Virus record (IMG/VR): IMGVR_UViG_3300029319_000006
Location: 32,001-96,000 of that record
DNA from: a virus
Length of the DNA stretch: 64,000 nucleotides
Strand: one strand, 5' to 3'
A model generated the notes under the pieces. That model made no database searches, had not been told where the DNA came from, and saw nothing but the letters and a program-made list of their open reading frames with translations. The position numbers and the translations under genes are program-made. Of the stretch, positions 18,039 through 28,545 are shown piece by piece; position 1 is the stretch's first letter, and the number at the start of each line of letters is the position of its first letter.

Positions 18039-19376
18039 TTAAGTTAGAATATTATCTACTCTGAATATTCTGTAGTACTGATTGGTTCTGTTGGATGCAA
18101 GACCATTAGATGGTGCATTACCTACAAATGGATTTGACGCCATGCCATATCTAGTTTTGAAACCGATTCTTGGCTGGAAGTCATTCTCCCCAACAGCACG
18201 TACCATTGTTAGTGGTACATATGGACAATAGAACACACCTGCGTCATATGGGTTTGTACCCTTATATCCAACGTTGATGTAATCTGTGTCTGCATATGGA
18301 TCAATGTAAACTCTGATCCTACCGTTTAAAACACCTGCAAATGTATTGCCTGTATCGTCTACGTTTAAGTTAGTGGACATATTTGGAGCATAATCCAACA
18401 TTCCACCAGCAGCAAGAGCTGTAGCTACGTCAGAAGAACATACGACGAAGTTACCTTTACCACGTCTTGTTTCTTTTGCAATTACGTTAGCTTCTCTATC
18501 TAACTGAACACCTAGACCTTTAAACTTTTCAGCTGACCAACGACCATCTGCATCTGAACTTACGTTAAAGATACCATTGGTAGTTACGTTAGCTTGTCTA
18601 GCACCGATTTTAGCTTGTGCGTTAATTGTACGTACAACCTCACGGTTAATTTCAGCTAAGATTTCAGTTGACAAGATGTTTGACAACTCTGTCTCAGCGT
18701 CAAGACCATGAATTGCTTTCAAGTCTTGTGCTAGTTCTAGAGTGTATTCAGCTTTGAGAGCTCTTGACTTTGCAGTCACTGTTGATTTCTCAATGGTGAA
18801 TCCCATCTCAGCAATTGATTCTCCAGTGTTACCTAGAGCTTCAGCTTCTGCTGTTGAATATGCGTCAGCTTGTACAGGAACATAAGTTGTATCTGAGTCA
18901 ACAATACTTGCGTCAACGTCAGTATCACTTACTCCAGCAAGACCTGATGGTCCTTTTGAATCTGTTGAAGCTGTAGATGAATCTCCAGAATAATTCTGAA
19001 GTGCTTCACTAAACAATGCTTCATCATCTGTTGCTGCACCAGCTTTTGAAGTCTTATATCTTGACTTCATTGCGAAGATAAGACCAGTAGGTCCAGTCAT
19101 TGGCTGAACACCACAAATGTCATATGCCATTAAATTTGGCATAGCTCTTCTTACTAATGAGATTAAAATTGGATTCCAGTTTGCTACAGAAGCAGAATTG
19201 GTACCAGCAATCTCTTGGAGTTGCTCTCCTTGCTCTCTCAAAGCCTTCTCAGTATTCTCAAGAACAACTGCTGTAACTGAACGCTTTACAGCGCTATCAA
19301 TTTTACCAGCTGCTTCTTCATCTAATACTGGAGACCACTTTTCAACGAGCCTATCGTATGAATTAGATTTTTCCAT
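18039..19376 (-). CDS. gp23: Major capsid protein gp23
   Basis: LVRRAMP, GVQPMTGPTGLIFAM, AKSRALKAEY..ELAQDLKAIHGLDAE, YCPYVPL, FQPRIGFKTRYG. Confidence 0.99.
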   Translation of the reverse strand: MEKSNSYDRLVEKWSPVLDEEAAGKIDSAVKRSVTAVVLENTEKALREQGEQLQEIAGTNSASVANWNPILISLVRRAMPNLMAYDICGVQPMTGPTGLIFAMKSRYKTSKAGAATDDEALFSEALQNYSGDSSTASTDSKGPSGLAGVSDTDVDASIVDSDTTYVPVQADAYSTAEAEALGNTGESIAEMGFTIEKSTVTAKSRALKAEYTLELAQDLKAIHGLDAETELSNILSTEILAEINREVVRTINAQAKIGARQANVTTNGIFNVSSDADGRWSAEKFKGLGVQLDREANVIAKETRRGKGNFVVCSSDVATALAAGGMLDYAPNMSTNLNVDDTGNTFAGVLNGRIRVYIDPYADTDYINVGYKGTNPYDAGVFYCPYVPLTMVRAVGENDFQPRIGFKTRYGMASNPFVGNAPSNGLASNRTNQYYRIFRVDNILT

Positions 19377-19391
19377 TACATGGATCTCCTA

Positions 19392-20360
19392 TTACTTTTT
19401 AGTTTGTCTAATTGCAGAAATGTATGATTCCATTGCTGGACTCACTTCGACTTGAGCTGTTGCTTCTTCGTCATCCACATTTTCTGCGATTGGTGATGTA
19501 GCAGTTTTTTTCTTGAAATATGATTCTTTCAAAGTATCCACTTTTGATTTGAATGCTTCTTCAGACTCAAATTCAACACTTTCTGCTAGTTTTTTTAGCT
19601 TTTCTACTTGAGTTTCAGCTAGATCCTTAGATGCTTCACGAATAACTTCGTTTCGCTGGTAAGTTTCTACTCTTGCGCTCATGTCTATAGCTTTTTGAAC
19701 TGCGTCGTTGTACTTTTCTTCAAGTTCTACGTTCGCAGTTGCTAGTTCGTCTACTAGGTCAACCTTGGTATCAGGAACTTCTACATAAGACTCTTGGAAA
19801 AGATCCTTCATCTTATTCATAAAGTTTTCTGCAATCTCAGTTCTTAGACCTGATTGTATTGCAATTTTATTTTCCTCTACCCATTGTTCAACCACATAGT
19901 TGAGGTAGCTGTCTACTTTTTCGACAAGTTCTTCTTTAGTTTTAGATACTTCCTCATCAAGCTGAGTTTTGTATTCTTCTTCTAAACGATTTATCTCATC
20001 TGCAAGTTTTGACTTTACCGCTGCTTCAAAGATTACTGCTGTTTTAGCTTTAAACTCATCACTGAGTGTAGCTTCAGATTCGACTAAGGCATTTAAGTCT
20101 TCACTAAAATCTCCATCTATTTCTACATCTTCGGCTTTCATGCCTTTGCCACCAGCAGGTGCTTTTGACATTGGTTCGCTTTGGACCTTATCACCTTTTC
20201 TGTGAGGCGCTTTCTTTTTAGGATCAGCGGCCTTATCAGCGTCGGCAATAGACTGGTCTTCAGCATTTTTTGGATCGTGAGCCTCTTCAACTTCATTCTC
20301 GTTGAGCTCAACATCCTGTGCTTCGGCTTCGACTTTTTCAGTCTTTACTTCTTCAGTCAT
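19392..20360 (-). CDS. gp22: Prohead core scaffold gp22
   Basis: Acidic coiled coil, FK.K...IFEAAV, VDSYLNYVVE.W; between gp21 and gp23. Confidence 0.92.
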   Translation of the reverse strand: MTEEVKTEKVEAEAQDVELNENEVEEAHDPKNAEDQSIADADKAADPKKKAPHRKGDKVQSEPMSKAPAGGKGMKAEDVEIDGDFSEDLNALVESEATLSDEFKAKTAVIFEAAVKSKLADEINRLEEEYKTQLDEEVSKTKEELVEKVDSYLNYVVEQWVEENKIAIQSGLRTEIAENFMNKMKDLFQESYVEVPDTKVDLVDELATANVELEEKYNDAVQKAIDMSARVETYQRNEVIREASKDLAETQVEKLKKLAESVEFESEEAFKSKVDTLKESYFKKKTATSPIAENVDDEEATAQVEVSPAMESYISAIRQTKK

Positions 20361-20369
20361 GTTTGACTC

Positions 20370-21029
20370 CTATAAGTTAGATTTCATTAACGAGAGGAAA
20401 TTTTTAAACTCACGAACTTGCGTTTCATATAGATCCGCACGTGGAGCACGTTTAATTTCAGTCTCTATTTTTTCAATTTCTTGAGGTTCAAGGATGCCAT
20501 TATTCCAAACCCAGTCTACACCTTCCATTACTCCATTTACAAAGGCTTGCGGTGCTGATGGATCTTGTACGATATCAACCGTATTAAGCATAAAGTCATC
20601 TTTGACGTACATAGTACCGTTTCTTTCCTCAAGGCTACCCATACCACGAGTTGAGACACCTAGTTGAACACCACCATCAAGAAGACCAGTTACGATCTTT
20701 CCCATAGGAGTTTCCAATATGCGTGCCTTCCCCATAACATTATTTCCATCCATTTGGAGGTCAGTAATCTTATGGGATACTTTATCCAAGTTAACAGTTG
20801 GTCCATCAGGGTGATTCAATTCACCGACCGCTCTGTCCTTGGAAACTTGTTCACGGACATATTTGTTCACTGCAGATTCCATAACTGCTTTGGGATATAT
20901 TCGTCCGTTTCTATTCTTTGATTCTGCCATAGCAAAGACACCCTCAATCATATGAGATTTAGAGCCATCTTCTGCTTTTTCAACAATGCATTTTACATCA
21001 TTTTCTCTATATTCAGTTATAAGTTTCAT
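20370..21029 (-). CDS. gp21: Prohead protease gp21
   Basis: MKLITE, NRNGRIY, GELNHP, GVSTRGMGS, DIVQDPSAP. Confidence 0.97.
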   Translation of the reverse strand: MKLITEYRENDVKCIVEKAEDGSKSHMIEGVFAMAESKNRNGRIYPKAVMESAVNKYVREQVSKDRAVGELNHPDGPTVNLDKVSHKITDLQMDGNNVMGKARILETPMGKIVTGLLDGGVQLGVSTRGMGSLEERNGTMYVKDDFMLNTVDIVQDPSAPQAFVNGVMEGVDWVWNNGILEPQEIEKIETEIKRAPRADLYETQVREFKNFLSLMKSNL

Positions 21030-21307
21030 TAGCCTCTAGTTCCTACTTGACTTAATTTAATAGCAGCATTAGCTGCAAATATACAATCAGTTTTGGCTTT
21101 GCTCAAAATAAGAGATTCTTGTCCAGCCACTGTAGTTGATCCTAAAACATTTCCACTAGGAGCATCCACTAATGTAACTAAATATGCTGTTGTACCGGAA
21201 TTCACTACTCTAACAAATATTGAACTTCCTACTGTAGATGCTGCTCCTGTTGAAGTTGGAGCTGCAATTTCAGCTGCTTGTAATACTATTCCTGCATGCA
21301 TACCCAT
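21029..21307 (-). CDS. Hypothetical head-module protein
   Basis: 92-aa beta-rich ORF coupled to gp21. Confidence 0.65.
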   Translation of the reverse strand: MGMHAGIVLQAAEIAAPTSTGAASTVGSSIFVRVVNSGTTAYLVTLVDAPSGNVLGSTTVAGQESLILSKAKTDCIFAANAAIKLSQVGTRG

Positions 21308-21309
21308 TT

Positions 21310-21528
21310 TTACCCCTTATATTGCTTTACAAATTCTTTAGCCATTCTTTCAGCTTCACGTTGATTTTTATAACTATCTAATCTATCACCATCAATGTAT
21401 ACAACAAATTCATTTCTATCCTTTAAGATTTTAACAGGAATTTTTCCCATTTTTTTATTGAAAACCATCTTACCCCTAGGTTTTCTTCCTGTTAATTCTC
21501 TTAATTCTTTAAAACTTATTGTTTTCAT
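21310..21528 (-). CDS. Hypothetical basic head-module protein (gp68 position)
   Basis: 72 aa, downstream of a late promoter. Confidence 0.6.
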   Translation of the reverse strand: MKTISFKELRELTGRKPRGKMVFNKKMGKIPVKILKDRNEFVVYIDGDRLDSYKNQREAERMAKEFVKQYKG

Positions 21529-21540
21529 TCTTTTAACTTT

Positions 21541-21548
21541 TATTTATA
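21541..21548 (-). promoter_or_regulatory. T4-type late promoter TATAAATA
   Basis: Exact motif upstream of the prohead gene block. Confidence 0.8.
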
Positions 21549-21559
21549 CAAATAGATTT

Positions 21560-21904
21560 TTAGGCAGCTTCATCTGGTGTTTCTTGTTCAGATTCTTCAT
21601 CATTTTCTATATGATCTTCTGAATCTTCTTGATTATCTTCATTATCTTCTGAAGCCTCATCAGAATCTTCTTCAGACTCTTCCTCTGCTTCCTCTGGTTC
21701 TTCACTATTAAATATTTGATTAGCTACTGCTATTTTTTCTTGGTCTAAAGCATCATTTACTTTTTGTTTCATTAATTCTGCAAAAGTAGGTTGAGCTTTA
21801 CTAAAATCTTGATTAGCCACATTGTTTATTATATCTTCAATGTTCACATCAATTTCTACACCAGCTGGTACAGTTTCATTTTCTTTTTCTTGTGCTTCTG
21901 CCAT
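21560..21904 (-). CDS. Acidic prohead core protein (gp67-like)
   Basis: Very acidic 114 aa immediately downstream of portal. Confidence 0.65.
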   Translation of the reverse strand: MAEAQEKENETVPAGVEIDVNIEDIINNVANQDFSKAQPTFAELMKQKVNDALDQEKIAVANQIFNSEEPEEAEEESEEDSDEASEDNEDNQEDSEDHIENDEESEQETPDEAA

Positions 21905-23502
21905 TATATACTCCTAAGTTTTCTAATTACATTTTCTTGAGGTTCTTCATCATCTAATCTAAATTGTGATTGATCATCAGATTGATTTTGTGATTCTTCA
22001 TCTTCTTTATCTTCAATTTCTCCAGCAGATTTCTCTGCTGCTATTTGTTTTTGCATATCTTGCAATTCATCATCTTTCATCATTAGTATATTTTTCATAA
22101 CCCATTCTTTAGAAAAGAATTCTCCAACATATTGTTGTACATTGTCAAGATTTTGAAATCTATTTTGCATAAGTTCTGATTCTTTTAACTCTGCAAAATG
22201 ATTATCTCTTGCATAATCAACCACTATATCTTGTTCCCAACTATTCCAATCTTCTTCTGTACAAATTTGTTTCATTATACATTGTTTTTTCAGAATTTCT
22301 GTGAATATCATGGAAAAACGTTTTCTTAATCTATCAATAAACTTTTGAAACTTAACTTCATCTCTACTTATTTCTGTAGATCTTCCAAGACTAAACTGAG
22401 CTTCTTGTTCTAATCTGTTGATAGGAACATTTAAAGATCTGTATAATCTTTTTTGAAAATAAATTATATCATCAATTTGTCCTAAATTATCACCACCAGG
22501 TAAAGTAGATATTTCTGTACCTCGACCACCTTCTCTTCTAGGTAACCAAAAATCTTCAAGCATAGACATATGCTTTCTATCATCTCTTATTTTTCCTGTA
22601 TCTGCATCATATACTAATTTATTTCTATATCGAGACATAATGTCTTTCATGTAATTGTCAGCTTTACCTCTAGGTAAATTACCAACATCAATATAGAATA
22701 TTCTTCTTTCTGGAGCTCTTGCTAGTCTGTATATAACTAGAGAATCTTCCATCATACGCAATTGGTTTATTGGTTTTAATGCTTTATGTAAATGTGATAC
22801 AACTCTTTTTCTATCTATATCTAATAATCCAGAAGTAACATAAGAAACTGAATCAGAAGATAACTTTACTCCTTGATTAGTTCCTCCAGGTTTTTCTTGA
22901 TAGATATAAAATTCATTTATATGATCTATTAATGTAGCTCCTGTTTCAGGATCTTTTTTTCTTTTAACTTCTTTTACTTTCCTAATCTTAGAAGCATCAA
23001 TAGGTCTTATTTCTTGGATGCCAGCTTTTAGATTACTCTCATCAACAACTAAATGGTGATATATTCTACCATCAATATACCATCTCTTAATAATGTCATG
23101 TCCTAGTTCATTAAACTTTAACATAGAACATACATTTTGAAATTCTTCATCTATAGATTTTTTTAATGCATCACTTAATCCTTCTACATGATCTAATACT
23201 AAATCTACAGGGGATCTGTTTTCATTTGCTGTAACAGCTTCGTTTACAATATCTTCTATTGCAGCATCTACCTCCGGATGGGTTGCTACAGCTCGATATT
23301 GTCTTATATTTTGTAAATTATCTTTTCCATAATCACTTTCTCCAAGATTAACATACGTTCCATAATGTGCACCCGCAGCAGTAACGTAACCAGCACCGTC
23401 TTGATCAACGGGTGGTACAATTGATTGCATTTTTTCAGCTTTTTTATCTTTGGCTCTTTTAATTTCAAAGCCAAATAATCTTAAGCTACCTTGTTCAGCC
23501 AT
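21904..23502 (-). CDS. gp20: Portal protein gp20
   Basis: LFGF, EVD.AIEDIVNE, WYIDGR, YRLARAPERRIFYIDVGNLP, EDFWLPRREGGRGTEI. Confidence 0.98.
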   Translation of the reverse strand: MAEQGSLRLFGFEIKRAKDKKAEKMQSIVPPVDQDGAGYVTAAGAHYGTYVNLGESDYGKDNLQNIRQYRAVATHPEVDAAIEDIVNEAVTANENRSPVDLVLDHVEGLSDALKKSIDEEFQNVCSMLKFNELGHDIIKRWYIDGRIYHHLVVDESNLKAGIQEIRPIDASKIRKVKEVKRKKDPETGATLIDHINEFYIYQEKPGGTNQGVKLSSDSVSYVTSGLLDIDRKRVVSHLHKALKPINQLRMMEDSLVIYRLARAPERRIFYIDVGNLPRGKADNYMKDIMSRYRNKLVYDADTGKIRDDRKHMSMLEDFWLPRREGGRGTEISTLPGGDNLGQIDDIIYFQKRLYRSLNVPINRLEQEAQFSLGRSTEISRDEVKFQKFIDRLRKRFSMIFTEILKKQCIMKQICTEEDWNSWEQDIVVDYARDNHFAELKESELMQNRFQNLDNVQQYVGEFFSKEWVMKNILMMKDDELQDMQKQIAAEKSAGEIEDKEDEESQNQSDDQSQFRLDDEEPQENVIRKLRSI

Positions 23503-23518
23503 ATGTATCCTTTCAAAT

Positions 23519-23543
23519 GGGGTAGCAATATTTATGCTACCCC
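23519..23543 (-). terminator. Hairpin between gp19 and gp20 overlapping a late-promoter variant
   Basis: Perfect 9-bp inverted repeat GGGGTAGCA/TGCTACCCC; CATAAATA at 23529-23536. Confidence 0.6.
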
Positions 23544-23555
23544 TATCTATTCATA

Positions 23556-24083
23556 TTAAGAAGTAGTTCCAGCTTCCCAGTATTGTACTTGGAATTCAAC
23601 AGTAAATCTCTCAATATCATTTTCTAAACCGTAGCTTAGATCTATTGGAGATATTGCTGTTGGAAAACAACCTCTAAAGTTATATGTCTTTAATGTTGAT
23701 CCATCCTTATCGATCTGATCTACTACTAAATCAGCTTCGTAATCAGTAACATTAGTTAAACCAGTATTTGCACTATGTGCATTCATACCGTTCATCCAAC
23801 GTTCCATTGAATTTCTCACATTAAAGTCTGTGTCGTTAATAATAGTTGGAGTCCAAACATCAAATGTTCTATCTCCAGCCATCTTTAACTGACGACCTCT
23901 AAAGGGAATTATTATAGTTCCCATAGTTGAGCCAGGCAACTGAGCTGCCTCGCACAAGAAAGATGTAAGTTCTACATCTCCGTTTGCATATCCAGGAAAG
24001 TTGATAGTGGCTTTAAACAAATTGGGTCTAGCACCACCACCCCTTATTTTGGATTTAAAATCATCAACGCCTAATACTGCCAT
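23556..24083 (-). CDS. gp19: Tail tube protein gp19
   Basis: GGARPNLF, LPGS, FRGR.LK.AGDRTF..W, E.F.V.F. Confidence 0.95.
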   Translation of the reverse strand: MAVLGVDDFKSKIRGGGARPNLFKATINFPGYANGDVELTSFLCEAAQLPGSTMGTIIIPFRGRQLKMAGDRTFDVWTPTIINDTDFNVRNSMERWMNGMNAHSANTGLTNVTDYEADLVVDQIDKDGSTLKTYNFRGCFPTAISPIDLSYGLENDIERFTVEFQVQYWEAGTTS

Positions 24084-24095
24084 TTTCTATCTCCC

Positions 24096-25706
24096 TTATA
24101 CCGATAGTCCGGCAACTTCTTCGAAGTCAACCCCAGATCTTACGGCTACAAAATTAAGAGTGATGTAGTTGATTGAGCGTGCAGGCTTAATGAATACATT
24201 AGCCACAAATTCATTTCTATCAATGACTGCAGCTGTATTATTTGTAGCATCACAAACTACTCTAAAGTCTGTAATACCTCTCCTTCCTTTTACTTCTCTC
24301 AAGAAAGGTTCTACAATATTTACAAACTCTGCTCGAGTAAATTCATCATTCAATTCGAATAATGTATTTCTAGCAGCGAGTGCAATAGCTCTTTCAATTA
24401 CATTGAATAATCTTCTAACATTTATTCTATCAAATGCTGAAGGTCTATTCATATGTGTTTTATCTCCAAATAGCAATACACCTTGTCCAGGTAAATTAGC
24501 TATTGGATTGATACTAGCTTTATAAAGAGTATCTCTTTCAGATTTAGGAGGTGTGTAAGCTAAACTCGTAACTCCTAAATAAGCTCCTCTTCTAGGTCCA
24601 GCTGGTGAAAACCAAGGTGCAGCGTTTGCATCTGAAGCTGCCATAATACCAGCTGTTGAAGATGCTGCTGGAATATGAATAAATTTATCATTGAATTTAT
24701 CATATACCTTTAAGTAATTATTATCACATACAGCGTATGAACTAAATGTTACAGCATCTAAGTCAGTTACAGCTGAAGCAGTTGGAGTTGCATTTCCTAC
24801 AATAGAATTTTTAGCAGGAGAAGCTACAACAACACAATCTTTACGTGATGCTGCAGTTGCAATTAAATCATTAACTACAGTAGCATTTGTTCCTGATGCT
24901 AATGACATTGGAGCTATTAGAAAATCAAGTTCAATTGTATCTTTATCTTCAAATTGATCAAAAGCTCTAAATAAGTCATCTGTTCCTACAGTAGAACCAT
25001 CAAGTCCTCCTACTAAGGATATGTTACCAGCTGAATCTGCTAATGCATGAGAGTTAATTCTCACCCAATTTGAAGCTCTATTAATCACTTCTTTGAAATA
25101 ATTACTTGATCCATCTGCATTAGTAGCTGTAGATAATCCTGAAACGAATGGATATCTTTCAAGAACTTCTCCAGCAGTTCCTGTAATGACACCATCTTGA
25201 TCTAATACAAGAACATGCCTTTCATTTCCTGTTGGAGCTTTATCAAATTCTGCTTTGAATGAAGCTGATTTTCCTGCAAAATTTACTGCTCCAGCCCATT
25301 CAACTTTTAAGGAATTTCCTAAAAGTCCTGGATATTTTGCAAAAATTTTTCCTGTTGAATAAGTACCTTGTTCATAATCAGTATTATTTTTGATTAGAAC
25401 TGCTGCTGCTGAACTATCACATGCATTTCTTGCAGAAGCGTCAGCTGCTCTTGATACTTGTAGTTGATTAGAATATTTTAAAAAGTATGAAGCAGATAAA
25501 AAATCTGCGGCATAACTATCTGATGGAGATCCAAACGTATCAGCAAGAGACTTTTCATTTTGAATAAGTGTTGCTTCTTCTACAGGACCCCATTTGAATG
25601 ATCCGCCAAAAGCGCCTGTTGTCGACTGGACATTGGGTACCACACCCGATAGGTCGACTTCTTTGACGACAATAGCTGGAGATTCTGAAGGTGTACCAAT
25701 TGCCAT
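24096..25706 (-). CDS. gp18: Tail sheath protein gp18
   Basis: SP.IVVKEVDL, F.WGP, PWFSPAG, SAFDRINVRRLF, FELND.FTR, IKPARSINYITLNF. Confidence 0.97.
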   Translation of the reverse strand: MAIGTPSESPAIVVKEVDLSGVVPNVQSTTGAFGGSFKWGPVEEATLIQNEKSLADTFGSPSDSYAADFLSASYFLKYSNQLQVSRAADASARNACDSSAAAVLIKNNTDYEQGTYSTGKIFAKYPGLLGNSLKVEWAGAVNFAGKSASFKAEFDKAPTGNERHVLVLDQDGVITGTAGEVLERYPFVSGLSTATNADGSSNYFKEVINRASNWVRINSHALADSAGNISLVGGLDGSTVGTDDLFRAFDQFEDKDTIELDFLIAPMSLASGTNATVVNDLIATAASRKDCVVVASPAKNSIVGNATPTASAVTDLDAVTFSSYAVCDNNYLKVYDKFNDKFIHIPAASSTAGIMAASDANAAPWFSPAGPRRGAYLGVTSLAYTPPKSERDTLYKASINPIANLPGQGVLLFGDKTHMNRPSAFDRINVRRLFNVIERAIALAARNTLFELNDEFTRAEFVNIVEPFLREVKGRRGITDFRVVCDATNNTAAVIDRNEFVANVFIKPARSINYITLNFVAVRSGVDFEEVAGLSV

Positions 25707-25771
25707 GTCTTTTCCTCTTTCCAGTAATCGAATTATAAGTTTTTTTTCATAATACGGAGTTCAATTACCAA

Positions 25772-25779
25772 TATTTATA
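25772..25779 (-). promoter_or_regulatory. T4-type late promoter TATAAATA
   Basis: Exact motif upstream of gp18. Confidence 0.8.
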
Positions 25780-25790
25780 ATTCTTAATAT

Positions 25791-27392
25791 TTAGTAGGGA
25801 GTTCCCCACTCTTCTACCCATTTTTTAGTAGACCATTGATCTTGACGTTCTTGTTGTTCAGCATGATCTAATCCATCATCAATGTGTCCAAATGGTAAAA
25901 CATCATCTTCAATTACTTTCATTTGTTGTTTAAATAACATATCTTTGATATCAACATCTGTTAATGTAGAGAAATAACTTCCTGTAGCAAAGTATGCAAA
26001 CATTACTAAATTCATCATTAAATCATCATGGTTACCATCAGATGCTTCATATGATACACCTTTAGATACAAAAGTGGATATTTCTAATATTGTATTCTCA
26101 TCTACAATTTTCAATTTGTTTTCTTCTAATAAATCTTTGATTCCTGAACATCCTATTCTTTTTACTTTACGATTCATTTCAATACCAATTCTACTAGATT
26201 TTACTGTAGACTCCATGAATAAATTTTCATATTCTAAATCATTATATAAACCATTTGTAACTAATGTTCCTTGATCATTTGATTCTACAACAACCCAAGC
26301 ATTATTATAGAATTTTGCATACTTATATATAATGTCAGGGAAGAGTAACGGAGAGATAAGGTTATTGCGATATACAGCAACTTGCTCAAAAGGCCGTGTG
26401 CTAATATCGATCAAAGTAAATGTAGAATAATCCTGTCCTCTTCCTTTAGAAACATCAACAGTCATCACATATTGATGATCTGTTTGAGGTTCTTTGTATA
26501 TAAAGGTACTATTTCCCTCTGATATTTTTTTAGGTGGTTGTGCCCTCATTCCCATTAATGTTTCTGCATTAATAAGAGTGTCTCCAGTTCCAAAAAATGT
26601 ATTACCAAATTCTTGATCAAATTGTAATTGAGAAGTATTTGCAATTGTTTCTTGTTTCCATTTTTTATCCCTTCCTGGAACATCCCACCAATCAACACGA
26701 AATGGTTTAAACTCATTTACTCTTTGTATAGCTCCTGTCCATATTTTTTCAAATTGATTACCTATTCCATTAGCAGTAGATGTAATTACAACTTTTGTAT
26801 CTTTACCAGAAGAAATAACTGGATATGTAGATGTATAAAATTCTGAAGCATTTTCAACAAAAGCAAACTCATCAAGGTATAATAAATTTACAGACATACC
26901 TCTAATAGAAGATCCAGATGTTGCTGCAGATATAACTCTACTATTATTACTAAATTCTATACTTCTTTTATTTAAAGCCTTACATCCTGGTTGTAAAAAG
27001 AATGGTAAGTTTTCTAACATAAGAGTTATTCTACTTAACATTTCTTGAGCAGTAGCTCCTTTGTTTGCTAAAATAGCAACAACTTTTTCTGGATTAAATA
27101 TAGCATACCATAATAAAAAGGCAACAGAAGAAATAGATTTTCCTGATTGTCTACAAGCTAATATTATAGAAAATCTGTTATCATTAAAATGTTTGAACAT
27201 TTTTTCTTGATAAGGATATAATTTGAATGGTACTAAACCTAGATCAACATGAATAATTTTACAATAATTTTCAGCAAAATAAGCTGGTGAATCCATACAT
27301 TTTTTATATTCACTTACTTCATCAAGTGTAAAATTAGTAATAACACCATCTTTTTTGACATTGACATTACCTAAATAAGTTTCATTATTCAT
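25791..27392 (-). CDS. gp17: Terminase large subunit gp17
   Basis: RQSGKS, LYLDEFAF, TSTANG, FDQEF, VDVS.GRGQDYS, HDDLMM; start likely MNNETYLG. Confidence 0.97.
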   Translation of the reverse strand: MNNETYLGNVNVKKDGVITNFTLDEVSEYKKCMDSPAYFAENYCKIIHVDLGLVPFKLYPYQEKMFKHFNDNRFSIILACRQSGKSISSVAFLLWYAIFNPEKVVAILANKGATAQEMLSRITLMLENLPFFLQPGCKALNKRSIEFSNNSRVISAATSGSSIRGMSVNLLYLDEFAFVENASEFYTSTYPVISSGKDTKVVITSTANGIGNQFEKIWTGAIQRVNEFKPFRVDWWDVPGRDKKWKQETIANTSQLQFDQEFGNTFFGTGDTLINAETLMGMRAQPPKKISEGNSTFIYKEPQTDHQYVMTVDVSKGRGQDYSTFTLIDISTRPFEQVAVYRNNLISPLLFPDIIYKYAKFYNNAWVVVESNDQGTLVTNGLYNDLEYENLFMESTVKSSRIGIEMNRKVKRIGCSGIKDLLEENKLKIVDENTILEISTFVSKGVSYEASDGNHDDLMMNLVMFAYFATGSYFSTLTDVDIKDMLFKQQMKVIEDDVLPFGHIDDGLDHAEQQERQDQWSTKKWVEEWGTPY

Positions 27393-27744
27393 CTGTCTTA
27401 TAGTCATTAATGTCAACTACTTTTTCCTCATTATCTTTTTTTAACAACATACGTTGTAAATCACTAGTAGAACCAATAAAGACGTTATTATTAGTTGTGT
27501 TGGGAATTTCTTTTACTTTATCATCTGGTTTATCATAATCTTTTTTCTTTTTATGTAGATCCATTAAAGAATCACTTATTTCACCAATATTTTTTATCAT
27601 ACCAGACATAACTTCAAATGCTCTAGGATGTTCGGTAGCTTTGGCCACATCAACCATATCATCTAAAGCTGCAGAACCTTTTGCTAAAAGTTCATGTTTG
27701 ATTTGCCTTGCGTATTCAAAATCATTTTTTGCGTTATCAGACAT
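27385..27744 (-). CDS. gp16: Terminase small subunit gp16
   Basis: DFEYAR, EHPRAFEV, NNVFIGSTSDLQ; start moved to MSDNAK. Confidence 0.9.
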   Translation of the reverse strand: MSDNAKNDFEYARQIKHELLAKGSAALDDMVDVAKATEHPRAFEVMSGMIKNIGEISDSLMDLHKKKKDYDKPDDKVKEIPNTTNNNVFIGSTSDLQRMLLKKDNEEKVVDINDYKTDE

Positions 27745-27745
27745 T

Positions 27746-28543
27746 TTAACTACTATCAAAATCGAATAGAGAAGCATAATCAGCAGAATCATTAAATCCA
27801 AAATCACTATCTGCGGATACACTAAATGGTTGTGGTCTTGTTCTAAACTTAGCTACTTGTAAATCAGAATCTCTTAGTCCTCTATTTATTTCAAACATAT
27901 TGGTTTCTGCTGTTCTAATAACTTTAGATTCAGCAATTGGACCATAAAAATTTATTCTCATATCAAATGTTAGAGTATATATTATTGTTCTTCTTTGTTC
28001 TAATGATCCTTCAAAATCATCAGCAAAATCTACTCCTGTTAAAGCTATTGGAATATCTTCTTTTACATTTGGAAAATCAGTACCAAAAGGTTTTATTGTT
28101 ACTGAATATTGAGGATTAAAAAATGGTAAAATTTGTTCAACAATTTGTAAACAATCATCTTGACTTTTTGCATATATACTTAATTGAAATCCAATATTAT
28201 ATGGAACAAAAGTATAAAATTTATTTCTTAGAGCACTTGTTGAACCTGATTGTTGAAAAGTATTAGTTTTTTGTAATTGTCTTCCTGCATCATAATTAAT
28301 TGATATAATCTCAAACGACATACGTGGTAGTTTTATAGCTACTTTTGTATTAGTATCTAAATCTGGATTTTCTCTGATTCTTTCTAAATATTTTCTACTT
28401 GGTGCATAAGATAAAGGAACTTTTACTTGAGAAATAACTTTCCCAGCACTATCTTTTCTTAGAACATAAAGATTGTTGAAAAGAGTACCAAATACTGCTA
28501 CACTTTTTCTTAATCTCTGATGATAAAACCATGTTCCAAACAT
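27746..28543 (-). CDS. gp15: Tail sheath stabiliser/terminator gp15
   Basis: FYH..LRK....FGTLFN, KVPLSYAP, LPRMSF, QIVEQILPFF.P. Confidence 0.93.
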   Translation of the reverse strand: MFGTWFYHQRLRKSVAVFGTLFNNLYVLRKDSAGKVISQVKVPLSYAPSRKYLERIRENPDLDTNTKVAIKLPRMSFEIISINYDAGRQLQKTNTFQQSGSTSALRNKFYTFVPYNIGFQLSIYAKSQDDCLQIVEQILPFFNPQYSVTIKPFGTDFPNVKEDIPIALTGVDFADDFEGSLEQRRTIIYTLTFDMRINFYGPIAESKVIRTAETNMFEINRGLRDSDLQVAKFRTRPQPFSVSADSDFGFNDSADYASLFDFDSS

Positions 28544-28545
28544 TG

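Noticed and set aside
21560-21710. Glu/Asp-rich low-complexity tract
   Set aside because: Ordinary for gp67-like prohead core proteins.
24096-25706. Tail sheath shorter than T4 gp18
   Set aside because: Loss of outer domains is common among sheath proteins; all conserved motifs are present.
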